Assembly (NCBI GenBank): GCA_951406725.2
Contig: OX597821.1
Span: 27,962,001-28,026,000, forward strand
From: Octopus vulgaris
Taxonomy: Eukaryota
DNA length: 64,000 nucleotides
Direction: 5' to 3'
Position 1 is the stretch's first letter; every line of letters begins with the position of its first letter. Below the pieces are notes generated by a model. That model saw only the letters and a list, made by a program, of their open reading frames with translations, was not told the DNA's origin and made no database searches. Shown here one piece after another: positions 26,875 through 41,291 of this stretch. The translations under genes were made by a program, and so were the position numbers.

Positions 26875-28402
26875 TCACTTTTCTGTTTATAAATGTCCTG
26901 GGACAATCGAATTGCCTTGGGCTTGCTATCGTATTTTATTTAACATATACACGCTTACACACGACATACCTTAGACTCCTCACTCATACAATTATTGAAC
27001 CGGGAGTTCAGAGATCAAATGATACATAAATACATGTAACAGACATACACACTTATTTACCATTAACATTATCGCATAAATCCGTGAAAGTGAAGCTAAA
27101 TATCTGATACTAAACTCCTTCTTAGCTTGGCAGTCCAATCTCTGACTTTCTTAGTATAGTGTTTGTAAGGGAACATTCATTAGTATAGCATTCATAAGGG
27201 AAAATCCATTAAATTGGTTCGGTCTACTGAGGAAATCATGTTTGAAATGCTTGCTTTTTACCAGTTTCATTTGCAAGCACTCAAAGACCCCACACTTTTC
27301 CGAGTTGCGTAATCCCGTTGACCAAAAAACCAAGACCCTACCTGCACAATTTCGTCCAGGCGTGAACTGGCATAGCTATAGAAGTCACTTGTGATATATC
27401 ATGATATTTCATGTCTGCACTTCAAATCCAAATCCCACCAACGTAAACTTGGGGGGGGGGGGCGATTAAGATATGCCATTCGCAGTGTGGATTGGTGGTT
27501 CTGTATAACCAATGTGAAAGATAGGGTTTTGTTACTTTTTGCATCTTGTGTGTTAGAGTTCAATTCTCACCACCATCGAGTTTGTAGTTAGAGCAAAGGT
27601 TTTGCTCGATTAATATCACGACCCTAACAAATTGGCTGGCTTCAGTGGAATCACTCTTTCAACTTTCAGACCAGATGAATTGGAGGGTCAGATATCCATA
27701 TTTCCTTCCTTCCTACCAGTATTGAGGGCGGTGTAAAGGCTCACGTATGCTTTTGCACTTCATGAGGAAGTTACCACAAAACCAAAGTGTTGTAGGAAAA
27801 AGAGTAGATGTTGATTGAGTCAGATTTGGGTCATACAACTAGAATAAGGTTATAGAAACGTCTGGCAAAAACAGGATATACATATTCACTTACCAGTAAT
27901 TTCAAATATAATGTGGCACCAATATTTCTTGTGATGGATAAACATCACATAATCTCATTCTATAATTTTCGCTATAAGTTTCTACCTTCTAACTATATTG
28001 GAAAAGGATTTGTGCTTGAGACGTATTAAGGAGCATACGTAACAATATCTATTTTCCTTATTTCATACAAACACATTTTATAAACTGTTAATGCTGAATT
28101 ATATATGCTAGTCGTTTATACACACAATACAGACAGTATGCATTTCTTCTGGACTTGAAAAGATATACAATAAACAAGTAGTCTGGTAATGAAACACGGG
28201 AACGTGCTATAAACAATATCACCAGAGAATTCAATAAAAGAAAAGCAGTTATAAATGAGGCGCTGTCCTCAAGAATACCAATTAATTTCTAAGTATACAA
28301 TCATCACTCTCTCTCTCACTCTCTCTCTCTATCTATCTACCTCTCTCTTTCCCTCTTTCAATACATATATATATATACAGACAGACAGATAGACATACAC
28401 GC

Positions 28403-28451
<49 letters not shown>

Positions 28452-28640
28452 TGTATGTATATATATATATATGCTGCGATTTGGCCACGTTATACAGTCT
28501 CAAATGCGGACAAAGGTTTATATACACTTTTCAATAAAATGTTGCGTTCAGTTTTACAGTTGAAGTTCAATGCACATATAAGCTACTACAACCACACACA
28601 TAACATCCATATATATATACAGAAATATATACATATACAT

Positions 28641-28703
<63 letters not shown>

Positions 28704-28757
28704 CATACATACATGCATGCATACATACATACATACATACATACATACATACATACG

Positions 28758-28814
<57 letters not shown>

Positions 28815-28816
<2 letters not shown>

Positions 28817-29980
28817 GCATGCATACGTTGAAAAAAATTAGAGATCTGTACAAATCAAATGTTTATATATAAAATGTGGAGATGGAAATTGCACAGAAGT
28901 AAGTTTAAGATCTTTCAGTTTAAGGGGGAATTTAATAAAAACCTCATACTAAATATTATATGAAAAGATTATTACCGGATTCGAAATATTTCTTTGCATG
29001 AAATATCAGTAAAAATTTATAAACAATTGATGTAAAAGAAGTTTATCTTCTGGCTGGGGGTCATGAACATGTCTGAAGATGTTTCGTAGAAGTATTTTTT
29101 AAATATAGTTTGGTATAACTTTAAAGTGTTGGAGAGTGAGAGCAAGGTGTCTATTGTCTAAAAGAAACTTTGTGTATTCCAGTCAGGAGGGTGGCTAAAA
29201 AGCATTTATTGAATGGGTTTTATGCCCACCTGTGTTTGAGTGGATGTGTGTGTATCTGTGTGTGTATTGTGTTGAATGTCCTTCAGTATGTTTTGAAAAA
29301 TGGCCAACTGTGAGTTGATGGGTTTGCATGTTGTGACAAATGTCTTGTTGAAGAAAGAATTTCGATTTTTCTTTGTGTTAGAGGTATTCTTTTGAGTGAT
29401 TTCCATCTGTGTGCATGTGTGTTGTCATCAGCTGTGTGTGTGAGAGTCTATGAGTAGGTGTGTTTGTGCATGTGCTTGAGTGTCTTTTTTGCGATATTTT
29501 CTTTTGTGTGTATGTTTGTGTATGTATATGTGTGTGTGTTTGTGTATGTTTGTGCGTATGTCATTGTGTGTGTACTTGCTAGCGTATTTGAATATTGGAA
29601 GAAAGATTTCGGAAATTATTTGATGTATTTTTCAAAATGATACTGTGTATAAAATTGTTTTAAGTGTCTGTTCTTATTATTGGTTGTGGTTGGGTCTATA
29701 TTTAATTGTGGTTTATACTTGTTGATAAGTTGTCTTCCTTTAATCAGTCTTTGTTGTTGTTTGAAGGAATCTGAGCACTTTTGAAATTTGGTAAAACCAT
29801 TCCTGCACAGGTTGCAACGTGACGGCTTAAAGGAATTTTCCTTGTGTCTTTTCTCGGATCTGCTGGTGATGGGTCGTCATTCTGTTGTGCAAAGATTCGC
29901 CCGTCTGGCCTATGCAATTATGTTGGCAAATATTGCATGTGATTACGTAGATCAGGTTTTCCGTGTTGCAGGTGAGAAAC
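28815..29980 (-). mobile_element. 3' fragment of a Penelope-like element (Neptune-like GIY-YIG at 29695-29976 plus 3' region)
   Basis: Manual translation: LTCNTENLIYVITCNICQHNCIGQTGESLHNRMTTHHQQIRE/RKIPLSRHVATCA../FQKCSDSFKQQQRLIKGRQLINKYKPQLN. Ends at (TA)n. Confidence 0.8.
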
Positions 29981-30397
29981 AGAAAACATATATGTGCAAG
30001 TCAAAGTGTTTAGGCGGCGATGTGTTTGGTATACTTGCTAACCTAGGTCGAGATATTTATCGGCATATACACACGCATTCACAAACACACAAACACTCAC
30101 GGATTCAGCACCTTCACCCATTTTGCCAATTGTAGCCGTAATTCCTACAAATTATGGTCTGAAAATAACTACATTAAAGGTCTATCATGAGTTACTTTCA
30201 GAGTACAGCTGGGTATAGACAATTTGACGCATTCTATATCTGTATCATGCCAGGTCAATGATACGTTTAACAATGCCAAATGACTGAACAAACATGTATA
30301 TGCATATCTACATGCACACGTATACAGACACACGTACATACACCTATACATATGCCAACAGTCCCACAAATACGCACATATACATACACGCACACAC

Positions 30398-30491
<94 letters not shown>

Positions 30492-30520
30492 ATCTATATA
30501 TATATATATATATACAATAC

Positions 30521-30728
30521 AGATAAAGGGTGAATTATAATTAATTTAATAAAATCAACAAATTTCATGAAGTAGTTTTTTTGCTATGGAAAAGGACCAT
30601 ATTCTGTAAAATTATATATAATTTTAACAATGAGGGTATTTGTAACAAGTTGCTAGACCACATACCGAAAGTATTAGAAATAGCAGCCAGACGACTGTTA
30701 TTTCTTTCACTACATAAATATGTCCCAC
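30521..30728 (-). mobile_element. Fragment of the pLTR-type repeat seen at 1-222
   Basis: Reverse-complement homology to 62-220; lies between microsatellites. Confidence 0.55.
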
Positions 30729-30759
30729 ATATATAAATATATATATATATATGTGTGTC

Positions 30760-30804
<45 letters not shown>

Positions 30805-30819
30805 TATACTCACACATAC

Positions 30820-30856
<37 letters not shown>

Positions 30857-31542
30857 TATATTTTAAATCTGTGAGGAGATGTAAACAGTAAAAAATGGGA
30901 GCGATGAACCCCCCCCCCTCGCAAATACTAGATGTGTCGTTAGCCACCTGGAAAAAGTTGTCTTCCAGGGGCTATAAACGCCAGTAGCACTGTACCGTAT
31001 AGGACGCCACACTAGGTTGGCAATTACATGTTAGGATTCCGTAACTTAATTTCGCCTTTAAACTGTTCCTAATTGAATTTTTTGGTTGATGGGCAATTCC
31101 TTCGCAAAGAATATTTTTATTATCCTTAGTTATTTCTGAATTTCAGGAATCGAATTAGCTTGGTGACAGCTCTCTGAATGCAACACCAGTGAAATGTTTA
31201 CAATGGGATTGTTGATAGGTAAATCGCATTGTCGAGACTACCTCAATACCCTTCTCTCAGCATATAAACGATCAATTATAATTTGATAGAACATAATTTA
31301 AAAAAAAATTAAATGCACACATTCTTCCTCGGCGCTGCAAATTGGGGACCGGCATGTCAAAGAATCTACATGTCATAAAAGGCGACAAAAAGAGATCGAG
31401 GCAGGAGTTGCACTCCGACCACGTGAAACCCTCACCAGCCTCGACTACACAAAAAGAATTGCGCAAAGGCGTCATCCACTTGGAGTAGGATATCATACAA
31501 AATGAAGGATGCAGTGACCCATTATTATAGCGCATACACCCA

Positions 31543-31610
31543 TACTACTGCTGCTGCTACTACTACAACTACGGCTGCTGCTGCTGCTGCAACTTCTGCT
31601 ACTGCTGCTG

Positions 31611-31684
<74 letters not shown>

Positions 31685-31718
31685 ACTACCACTACTACTA
31701 CTACTACAACTACTACTA
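31543..31718. repeat. (CTG)n/(CTA)n microsatellite
   Basis: Direct tandem repeats. Confidence 0.95.
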
Positions 31719-31983
31719 GTGTACGTATCATCTCTTGTGAAAGGTAGGAGAGTCCAGATCGCTGGACATTGTTGTAGAGCTGAAAACGAGGCAATTTCTA
31801 CTCTTCTCCTCTGGAAGCCATCTACTCGCGATACCAGAGGGCGCACACTCTCCTACCCTGATGTAATCTCCAGGGATACAGGCATCCGGCAGCAGGACCT
31901 CCGTAATGCTATGATGGACCGTGAAGTCTGGCGTAGCATGGTAAATTCCATTGTCTCGACCACGGTCGAACTATAATGATGAG
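31719..31983 (+). mobile_element. 5'-truncated RTE-clade LINE 3' end
   Basis: RRVQIAGHCCRAENEAISTLLLWKP..RGRTLSYPDVISRDTG..MMDREVWR, followed by a TAATGATGA tail. Confidence 0.85.
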
Positions 31984-34217
31984 CGTACGTCAGAAAATAT
32001 TTGGTTTTTACATCTTACTCTTTATAAATGGCTGCCACAGAAGCATCAAATCCTCTTGTCTTTGTAAATAACTATTACTTATACATAGGCATCGTTTCAT
32101 GCTTCTTAAGAGCATCGCTTCTGGAAGCCATGATGTAAACTGCAAGACTGAAAAATGATTCTTCATCGAATTATCAACGAAAGTTACACCGCAATATATA
32201 CTGTTATACTGCGATGTGTTATTCTATTCGTTTTGCCAATGTACGCTGTACTACCGTTCTGAGAGTATCAGATTTACAAATACATAAGTCATCAACCTGA
32301 AACTATCTTTGTCTTTTAAAATGTATATAATTACAATTAATAAGTCTGGTTCTATCATGATACAGCACAAATAGAAACCGGTTCTGGTAATTCATTTTCA
32401 TCGGATTATAAAATAATTCTCGCCGCAAAAAGCGTAATATTTGCAGAAATACAGGATGAAATACAGGTTGAAAGATCTTGAAATAGATAATAGGCTAGCT
32501 CATAACATAACGAGAAGGGTTGTGAAAAGTTAATAATAAAGGTTTTATGTCTTAGAATGATGTGTAAACGGCAATAATAAACGTGTAAAATATTTCGATC
32601 GCTTCTTATTCTTGTTTTCACTATGCACCTATTATTCCGATACTACTAACTGAGAATGTGTGATTTTCTCTCTGAACAACTCCAGAATGATTCATAACAA
32701 GCAACCGAAATGATCTCTGACGGTATTATGTGTAACTTTATTATTTCATGTCCTTGAAATAACTATCATACGCAAACTGATGAGACAGACTTTTAGGCAG
32801 ACTACACGGAAATCTTCATAATATGTAGTTTATAACGTTGAATGGTGGAGGAACAATCGCTTATTCGCCAACATCATCTATGTAGATACATGGTCGAAGA
32901 ATAAAGTCAGAAGAATTTTATTGATCGTTGTATACATTTCATGTAAATAGTATTTCACATATAACACCATGAGGATCATTGTAACATTACATTTCATCAT
33001 TCGTCCATGTTTATATTTGCAACAAATATATGCAGCTGGAACAGTATGTAATGCATTTAAGTGATGCTTTCAAGTTCTGTTATGCGCGGCGCGCCATTCA
33101 AAATAGAGCGCTGTTAAAATTATCCTATCAGTACAACGATTAATCAAAGTTGTTCCGATAAATATGTGCAGGATATATAGGTCTGATGGGTGTTACAGAA
33201 ACAGGAATACAATTAATATAATAGCTAGGCGCTGCCTAATGTCTTTGGAGCTGAACGGATATTGATTGATTTCTTTCATTATCTATCGAAGTATAATGCA
33301 TTTTGGTACGTCGAAAAACATGATATAAATGATATCACTATATTAAGAATATACATATATATAACTCAATTTAATATGTTGCTATACTGGCTGGTATGAA
33401 AGGGGAAATTATACGAAGGCATTTCTCAGACACCTGTAATATATCTAAATTATCTGCCCGAGTAATAGACGTATAAACAATGATGAGACAGAAAATCAAA
33501 TTTACGAATGCAGAAGATTCAATTATGTAAGACTCAGCCGTTCTATTCATCTATCAACAAATTACACCTTATTGTAGGTAAAGTATTAGTTTACATTCAG
33601 GGATAACGTTGTGTTATAGAGTTTCATGTATCATGCTGTCTCGTTTGTTTGTCAGGCAAATTTCTTTTATTAAAATCAGACGTTTTTCGGATGTTAAAAT
33701 ATAAATAGCATGAAAATATGCATATAAGGGTATGTTGTAAATATTATGTCATTTTCATGAATAGGATAACATTGAAACCCTAAATAATTGACATCCCCTG
33801 ACGACTAATATATCAAGCCCCATACAGCCAGCATACGCATCAGAAAGAGCCGTTCCGCACAAAAGGAGATTTATACAGAGCATTAGGAATATATGAACAC
33901 TTTCGGTAAAGAACGAAATGAAAATACAAAACAGCGAAGTTAAATTAACGTCTACAATCATCTATCCCTTCGTGGCGGGAAACAGCGCCTTCAGAAAGCA
34001 AATGTCTGTGAATGATCTTCAATCTTACTCGGTGAGAGAGATCGATCAATCTAAAAGTTGTCCGTATAAATACGCTGCTGCAGACCATACGTTAAAGCAG
34101 GATGGATATTAGAACAACACACACACACTCTCACACACACACACATACACACACACACACACGAAAAAAAATTCACACACACAAACACATACACGCATAT
34201 ACACACGTTTTATATAT

Positions 34218-34618
34218 AGGCGCAGGAGTGGCTGTGTGGTAAGTAGCTTGCTTACCAACCACATTGTTTCGGGCTCAGCCCCACTGCGTGGCACCTTGGG
34301 CAAATGTCTTCTTCTATACTCGGGCCGATCAAAGCCTTGTGAGTGGATTTGGTAGACGGAAACTGAAAGAAGCCCGTCGTATATATGTATATATATATGT
34401 GTGTGTGTGTTTGTGTGTCTGTGTTTGCCCTCCCAACATCGTTTGACAACAGATGTTGGTGTGTTTCGTCCCCCTAACATAGCGGTTTTGCAAAATAAAC
34501 CGATAGAATAAGTACTAGGCTTACAAAGAATAAGTCCTGGAGTCGATTTGTTCAACTAAAGGTGGTGTTCCAGCATGGCCAGTCAAATGACTGAAACAAT
34601 TAAAAGAGTAAAAGAGAT
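34218..34618 (+). mobile_element. Full-length tRNA-derived CORE-type SINE (octopus OR-like)
   Basis: GGCGCAGGAGTGGCTGTGTGGTAAG (A box), GGGCTCAGCCCC (B box-like), CCTTGGGCAA core, internal (TA/TG)n and an AAAAGAGT tail. Several copies in the window. Confidence 0.9.
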
Positions 34619-35026
34619 ATATATGTGCGTGTGTCTGTGTGTGTATCATATAAGGGTAAAGGAGGGTGTGAACACGGAGAAAGTCAATTTATTTACGTAA
34701 TAGTTAAATTCATGTCGCCTACACACGTTTCCATTTCCAACCTTTATTCATATTCTACTATTAAAATTGCATTGTGAATTCAAAAGGTAAAATTCTCTTC
34801 TAGGCAAAATTGACACATATTCATTAAAATCCTAAATGTTGGAGAGTGTCTTACTGGCGGAATAACAGTATGTGTATCTTATATAAACACACGTTGTATG
34901 TATGTATGTATGTATGTATGTATGTATGTATGTATGTATGTATGTATGTATGTTTGTATGTATTTATGCATGTATGCATGTATATATATATATATAGTAT
35001 ATATATATATAGTATGTATATGTATA

Positions 35027-35131
<105 letters not shown>

Positions 35132-35244
35132 CAACTATATTCATAGTATATTTATTATGTTATAAGGTAAATAAACTACTGGATTGTCATTTGTATCTGC
35201 ATTTAATTTATTATTTATTATGTGTGTGTATGTGTGTGTGTTTG

Positions 35245-35294
<50 letters not shown>

Positions 35295-35334
35295 TGCGTG
35301 CTTGTGGTTGTCTACTTCTTATGCAGAGACTGCC

Positions 35335-36410
35335 GACTACTTGTACCGACACCATATATCTGTCATGGCATCTGTTGTGACTTTTTGTTTTTTTTTAAAC
35401 CAGACAATTCATAGAAACGACACCCACATATCTGATTTGGTTCACCAAGAGCTGCAGTTAAGTTCTGATCTTTGTGAATCTTAAAATGTCTTTTGAGGCC
35501 TCCGTTAGATTTGCTAACCTTATGGCATACATGGTATTCAAAGGAGTACACATATATAAAGGCAGAATAGTTGGTGGGGGTTCGCAAATTAGTTTGCATA
35601 TGAAATTTGAGCCCAACAGAAGAAAGGCATGGCCTATCACGAACTGTGCGTACAGAAATGTCAGAGATTCACCTTCTCGGTCACAACATTCTTTTTCAAA
35701 TCTCTGTTGAGTCTTGTATGTGTTATCCTGGCCTCCTCAAACGCTTTCACTCCATTCTACACATTTGTTCGCCAGCTCGATCCAAAGCAATGGTTTCTAG
35801 GGCCTTTGGATTCATTTCAAGTGACTTCATGGTGGTCCTTATACCGCCCTCAAACCTCATTATAGGTTTACACCGAATACGTTTCCTGTCTGCAAGCTCA
35901 CCATAAAACAACTGGCCAGACCATCTCATTTGGTTTTTCAGAGTCATCAGTGTCTGGAGTAAAAAAGACCCACTTAATATTTAAAATACGGCTAAGGCAA
36001 TTTTGCTGGAATCATTCTAAGAATTTGAAATGTCTATGTTTCTGAAAAATACAACATGGATGGTAAGATAAACGATTTTTAAGAGCTAATATTGTATTGT
36101 TATTAAATGTCATGGGCGCAAAACGCATGACTTCAAAACAACAAAAGCTTGTGCTTCCATTTGAATTCGCAGATGTATTTCTGTGTCCAGATATCCATCA
36201 TTCTGTATAGGGCTCTCAACGTAGATGAAAGACCGAACAACCTCAAGTAACTTAGACTTGACAAAGGTCTTAGGGGGATTGCAAACAGCATCGCGTGCAG
36301 ATTGATACATTACAAGTGTTTTTCTCAAGTTGATGGTCAAACCAAAATCATCACAAGTTGGGTCAAATGCAGCTACAAGGGATAGCAGGCCCATTTCAGA
36401 TTGACTGACT
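35335..36410 (-). mobile_element. Decayed RTE-clade LINE 3' portion (RT end plus C2H2 zinc-finger-like tail)
   Basis: FGLTINLRKTLVM, EVVRSFIY..DTEIHLRI, QMRWSG..FYGEL, CHKVSKSNGGLKRHFKIH. Confidence 0.85.
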
Positions 36411-36469
36411 ATGTATGTATGTATATATATATATATATATATATATGATATGATATGAGCTTTTGATAT

Positions 36470-37175
36470 CCAGAACACCTAAAAGGCAGGTAACACAATG
36501 TAAGTACTACGGAACGACCGCTGTTAAACTCCCGGTTCAATAATAGTATGAGTGATGAGTCTAAGGCAGGTCGTATGAGATCGTGTATATGTTACATAAG
36601 ATACGATAATAAAACCAAATCAAAATAATTTTTCTAGGATATTTATAATGAGAAAAGTGATCTTATAGCTGTTTCAAGGAAATATGGGTTATCCCATCAT
36701 CAGAGATGAGTTAAAAGAGTTTCAGTAGAAGGAATTAGTCGCGTTCATTATTGAAAGCAACACTTAAGTTATTTTGGAAAGAAAGGGATATACAAGAAAT
36801 TAGATATAATGCAGAAAGTATAAAAGGAAAAGGAAATATGAAAGTAAAATACGTTACATGCTAAAGTTGCTGTTCCTTTGTCCAAGAAATGTGTTTTATA
36901 GAATGGGTAAAGAGGCTTATGCAGAAAGTATAAAGGGAAATATGAAAATAAAAATACAAAAAGTATAAAGGGAATATATTTTTTATTTTCGTATTTCCCC
37001 TTATACATTCTGTATCTCTCCCTTTCCAAAATAACTTCTTACATAATGAACTCTGCCAGTTCATGATGATGGGATATCATTTATTTCCCTGAAACACCTG
37101 TAAGACCAACTTTCTCTTTATAAGTGTCCCAGAAATATCACATTGCCTTGGCCTTGTTGTATAATTTTAGTTAAC
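36470..37175. mobile_element. Second, non-coding copy of the 24663-27015 pLTR family as an inverted pair with two HHRs
   Basis: Left arm plus tail on the minus strand, with HHR 36661-36706 (TCT-CTGATGA-TGGGA..TTCCTT-GAAA-CAGCTA-TA-AGA). The right arm has a degenerate HHR at 37062-37105. Tail AACTCCCGGTTCAATAAT matches the reverse complement of 26990-27008. Confidence 0.85.
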
Positions 37176-38485
37176 ACACACGTACACACACACACACACA
37201 CATACACACACACAAACAAACAAACAAACACATATATATCTGTGCGTAAGAGGATATATATCAATATGTCTACTGGTCTAGCGCTATATATTTATGAATA
37301 TATGTTTATTAGCAGAATCTATTTGGATAGAAAATAATTATATTGCATGGAGGAAGTAGATTTTATAATGGTAGATTGTAAAACTTAACTCTCTATATCT
37401 TATCCATATTTGAGATAACCTGACCAGTTGTTGCTTTTAGCAGTTTTAGTATTTTTATGGCTGAAAAAGGAATAATTCAATATCACCTTTCCAGAGACCG
37501 TAAAATGTTGTTGATCAGACATCTGTAACTCTAAATCTGAAATAGAAATATTTTCGTAGTGTGACTGCAGTTTTTTTCTCGCTCTGGTAAGATGGGATTG
37601 GACAAGTTTTATATGCAGAGAATTGGAACTGAATACTAACGAAATAAGTATATGAAGTACAAATATTTACAATATCGGTTGAAAGCAAAGATGAACCATA
37701 GCATAGAAAATGTAAACAGATTCTTTCATTATATATTAATACGCTTATTTAATATCTGCTGTAAATATATAACATATTCTTAATAATAAACGAGTGTTTT
37801 TCATTTCACTGACATACGATAAATATTACACACAATAGGATTTGCTTTCGCCTTCAGTTATTTTGTTATCAACTTGTGTCATTTACTAAATGATCCCATA
37901 AACACACACATACATACACGCACATTCATATGCACGCAATCACACACAGACATACACGCACACATGTTTGTATGTGTGTGTTTGTGTTCTCTTATATTTA
38001 CATAAACAACATTTAGTCGAGATGGTCCATTGTTTCGTCAAATGTGTCGCAGAATGTGTAGTTATTGTCAGAGCCATTTTAAAGAATGTTAGCCTGGTAG
38101 TTTCTGTAAGCAAGCTTTGATATTGTGCCGACAATAGGAAAGCTTTAGTCTCTGCTTTCAGTCCTGAACTTTTCAGCTGCTAATGTATTGTTGCTCGGTC
38201 TACATCAGTATTTAAACTTCGAAGTATATGCTGTGCATACGGAGGCTTCTGGCTCTAACGCTCCTTAATTTTTTTTTGCAGTCTGTTTGGTTCGTTTTTC
38301 ATGTTTGGTGGCGGTGGTTTCAGGTATCTACAATCAACATTATATCTATATTTTTTTATACTCTTTTATTTTCTGTCATTCTTAATACGTAACATATAAG
38401 AGAACATTAGAAATAGTGATTTCTATATATAGATCAGTGTCTGAAAAGTGTACATAGTAGTTGAGTGCATGTCAGTGGTATATAT

Positions 38486-38908
38486 AAGGCGGCGAGCTGG
38501 TAGAAACGTTAGCACCCCGGGCGAACTGCTGGGCTGTATTTCGTCTGCTGCTACGTTCTGAGTTCAAATTGCGCCGAGGTCGACTTTGCCTTTCATACTT
38601 TCGGGGTCGATAAAATTAAGTACCAGTTACGCACTGGGGTCACTGTAATCGACTTAATCCGTTTGTCTGTCCTTGTTTGTCCCCTCTGTGTTTAGCACCC
38701 TGTGGGTAGTAAGGAAATAGGTATTTCGTCTGCCGTTACGTTGTGAGTTCAAATTCCGCCGAGGTCGACTTTACCTTTCATCCTTTCGGGGTCGATAAAT
38801 TAAGTACCAGTTACGCACTGGAGTCGATGTAATCGACTTAATACCTATGTCTGTCCTTGTTTGTCCCCTGTATGTTTAGCCCCTTGTGGGTTATAAAGAA
38901 ATAGGTAT
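38486..38908 (+). mobile_element. tRNA-derived SINE with Meta-like domain and tandemly duplicated body
   Basis: AGGCGGCGAGCTGG head. The unit GTATTTCGTCTG..GAGTTCAAATT..GCCTTTCATCCTTTCGGGGTCGATAAATTAAGTACC..GAAATAG occurs twice. Confidence 0.9.
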
Positions 38909-39421
38909 ATATATATATATGCGTGACATTTCCATAAGACGAATGTGCATGCAAGAGTACATACCAGGTCTATGTTTTTATGAATGCATTGGAATGATTG
39001 TGTATGATAATAAGAATTTCACGTGTGTTTATATCAGTGTTTATTCAAATATTAATTGGCATCGACATTAAACTATATCATTTTAATAGAAGTATCTACG
39101 TATGTGCTCAAATAAAGCTAAAGTAAATTGCTTATTCAATATATTTCAATGAGTCTCAAGCATGAACGACACGCTCACCTCACATATACGCTATTATTCT
39201 TCCCATAATCAATAAACAAACTGTGTTATTTTACTTGAAACGCAGTAGTTGTCTAATTTGAATAATATATACGCGTGTGGGTGCCTACGAATATATTCAT
39301 ATAAACGTCTATATATGTATATACACTCACACACACACATATATACATATATTCATCCGCACATATACATATTCATTCATGCACATGTCACATATGGGTA
39401 TGTGTACTTCTATAGTAAATG

Positions 39422-39463
<42 letters not shown>

Positions 39464-39505
39464 GTGCGAAACTGTTTGATTCTAATAACGTAGAAAGCAG
39501 CAATA

Positions 39506-39575
<70 letters not shown>

Positions 39576-41178
39576 GAACATATCTGTATGTATATGAACT
39601 TTCACGTATTTTTACGTTTTTGTATATCTGTGTGAGTCGTTCTATATGTATCGGTTCAAGCGAACGCTGAACGTTTGGGGGGGGGGAATAATTTCCAATA
39701 AATGGTTTAAAGAAGCCAGAAGAAGAAATTAATCACAGCTATCGTTGCAGAACTAGTTATTTGAAAAATCCTATGTCAAGAATTTTAGGTCATCAATCAG
39801 ATTCATCAAGAATTTATCGCTATAACTTCTTAATTCATTTTTAACCTTTCTATTATTATTATTATCAATTTTTTTTCGTTTTCTCCCCTTTTCCTCTGGG
39901 TCCAACGACATTTTCCCGATTTTAGATTCAGCCGCTGTGAAATTGGTGAACACAAATATTATTAATTTAATCTTACATATTTAGTTATTCCTTTAATGCT
40001 TTTTAGTTATTTTTTTTTAACGTTTATTATCTTTTTTGCGCTTCAATGACACGTATAAAATGTTTTCATTGATTAATTAATGTGCAAGAACTTTTTTTTG
40101 TAATTCGGCTAACATTTCCTGCTCTTTTGCCATTTCATATATTTCAAATAAAAACAACAACTGACACGATTAATAAAAAAAAAAAGTACAACTAAAACTA
40201 TTATCACTGCATAGGATATCATTTATTATATTTTCATATAAATGATTATATGCAAATATCGCTGAAGCATAATTAATTTATAACTTTTGCATTATCATTC
40301 CTCTGTAGTATATCACTCAAAAATTACTGGCTCTCTTAGAGGTTTTTTAAAATTTTATTTTCATGTTTCCTCATTTGTTAAAAAAGCGGAAATGGTAGTA
40401 TTTGTTTCACAAATAGTATTCCTTATTGCTCTATCATATCGGATGTGAATGTGTGTTTATTAAAATCACCTTCTTTCCAATTATTTATTTATTACTGGAT
40501 AACTTATTTGCTTCTCACTGGTTTTCCGGTCGTTCGTGTATTGTTCGCTTTTAATATCATTGTATTTAAAACCAAAAAAAATAATAACTGTTTGTCATAA
40601 AAAAGATCATGAAAGTCGCTGAAAAGAGTGGGTTTACCATATTCTTTTATGAAGAGATGGGAATGTAACGTTTAGTTGAAAGTCGGTCGGTTGAAAGCAG
40701 ATTATGCTATGTTGGAATTATTTTACTATTCTTAATTCGGGCGATTAAAACTCTGAAATGGTATCAAAAATCTGAAGCATTGTATATCCATAAATGATGA
40801 GCTGACAAGTTTTATCTACTCGTGTATTTTACAATATTACTTAATTACTAACTTATTAACGCATATATAAATTTAAAATGCGTCCGCAATTACACACACA
40901 GAAGAAAAACACGCATGTAAGGTCAAGCATGTACGCACACTAATGTGTGTAAAGGTTTGTTCTTACTGAATATTTGTCTTTACAAACATATATATTATTA
41001 AACAGTATATAGAAATAACTTTCTATATTATATATGAAGCTGAATCTCCTTAAACTGTAACACTAACTTTGAAGTTTATGTTTATATGAAAGAAAATCCA
41101 GAGAAACAGCATGACACAATGTAAGAAAAATATTCGGAAAATACGAAGTAGTTTCATTTTCCGATATATATATTTTCC

Positions 41179-41224
<46 letters not shown>

Positions 41225-41291
41225 GCACACACACAAACACAAACACACATACACACACACGCATATATATATACTACACGCACACATACAT

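Larger units (their letters stand above)
24663..27015. mobile_element. Penelope-like retroelement relic with inverted pLTRs, HHR in each arm and GIY-YIG remnant
   Basis: 24663-24992 mirrors 26617-26950 (about 330 bp), with a tail to about 27015. HHRs at 24737-24781 (-, CTGATTA mutant) and 26829-26874 (+). Endonuclease relic at 26088-26416. Confidence 0.85.

Noticed and set aside
32000-34100. Repeat-poor stretch that might hide host exons (also 6500-9400 and 49400-54300)
   Set aside because: No ORF with recognisable homology or convincing splice pattern; needs RNA-seq or BLASTx.
38536-38905. Direct repeats resembling a CRISPR-like array
   Set aside because: Two about 185-bp tandem SINE units without unique spacers in a eukaryotic context.
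39771-39953. Short ORF MSLDPEEKGRKRKK... with an NLS-like stretch
   Set aside because: No recognisable domain, no supporting neighbouring exons, and explicable by purine-rich low complexity.
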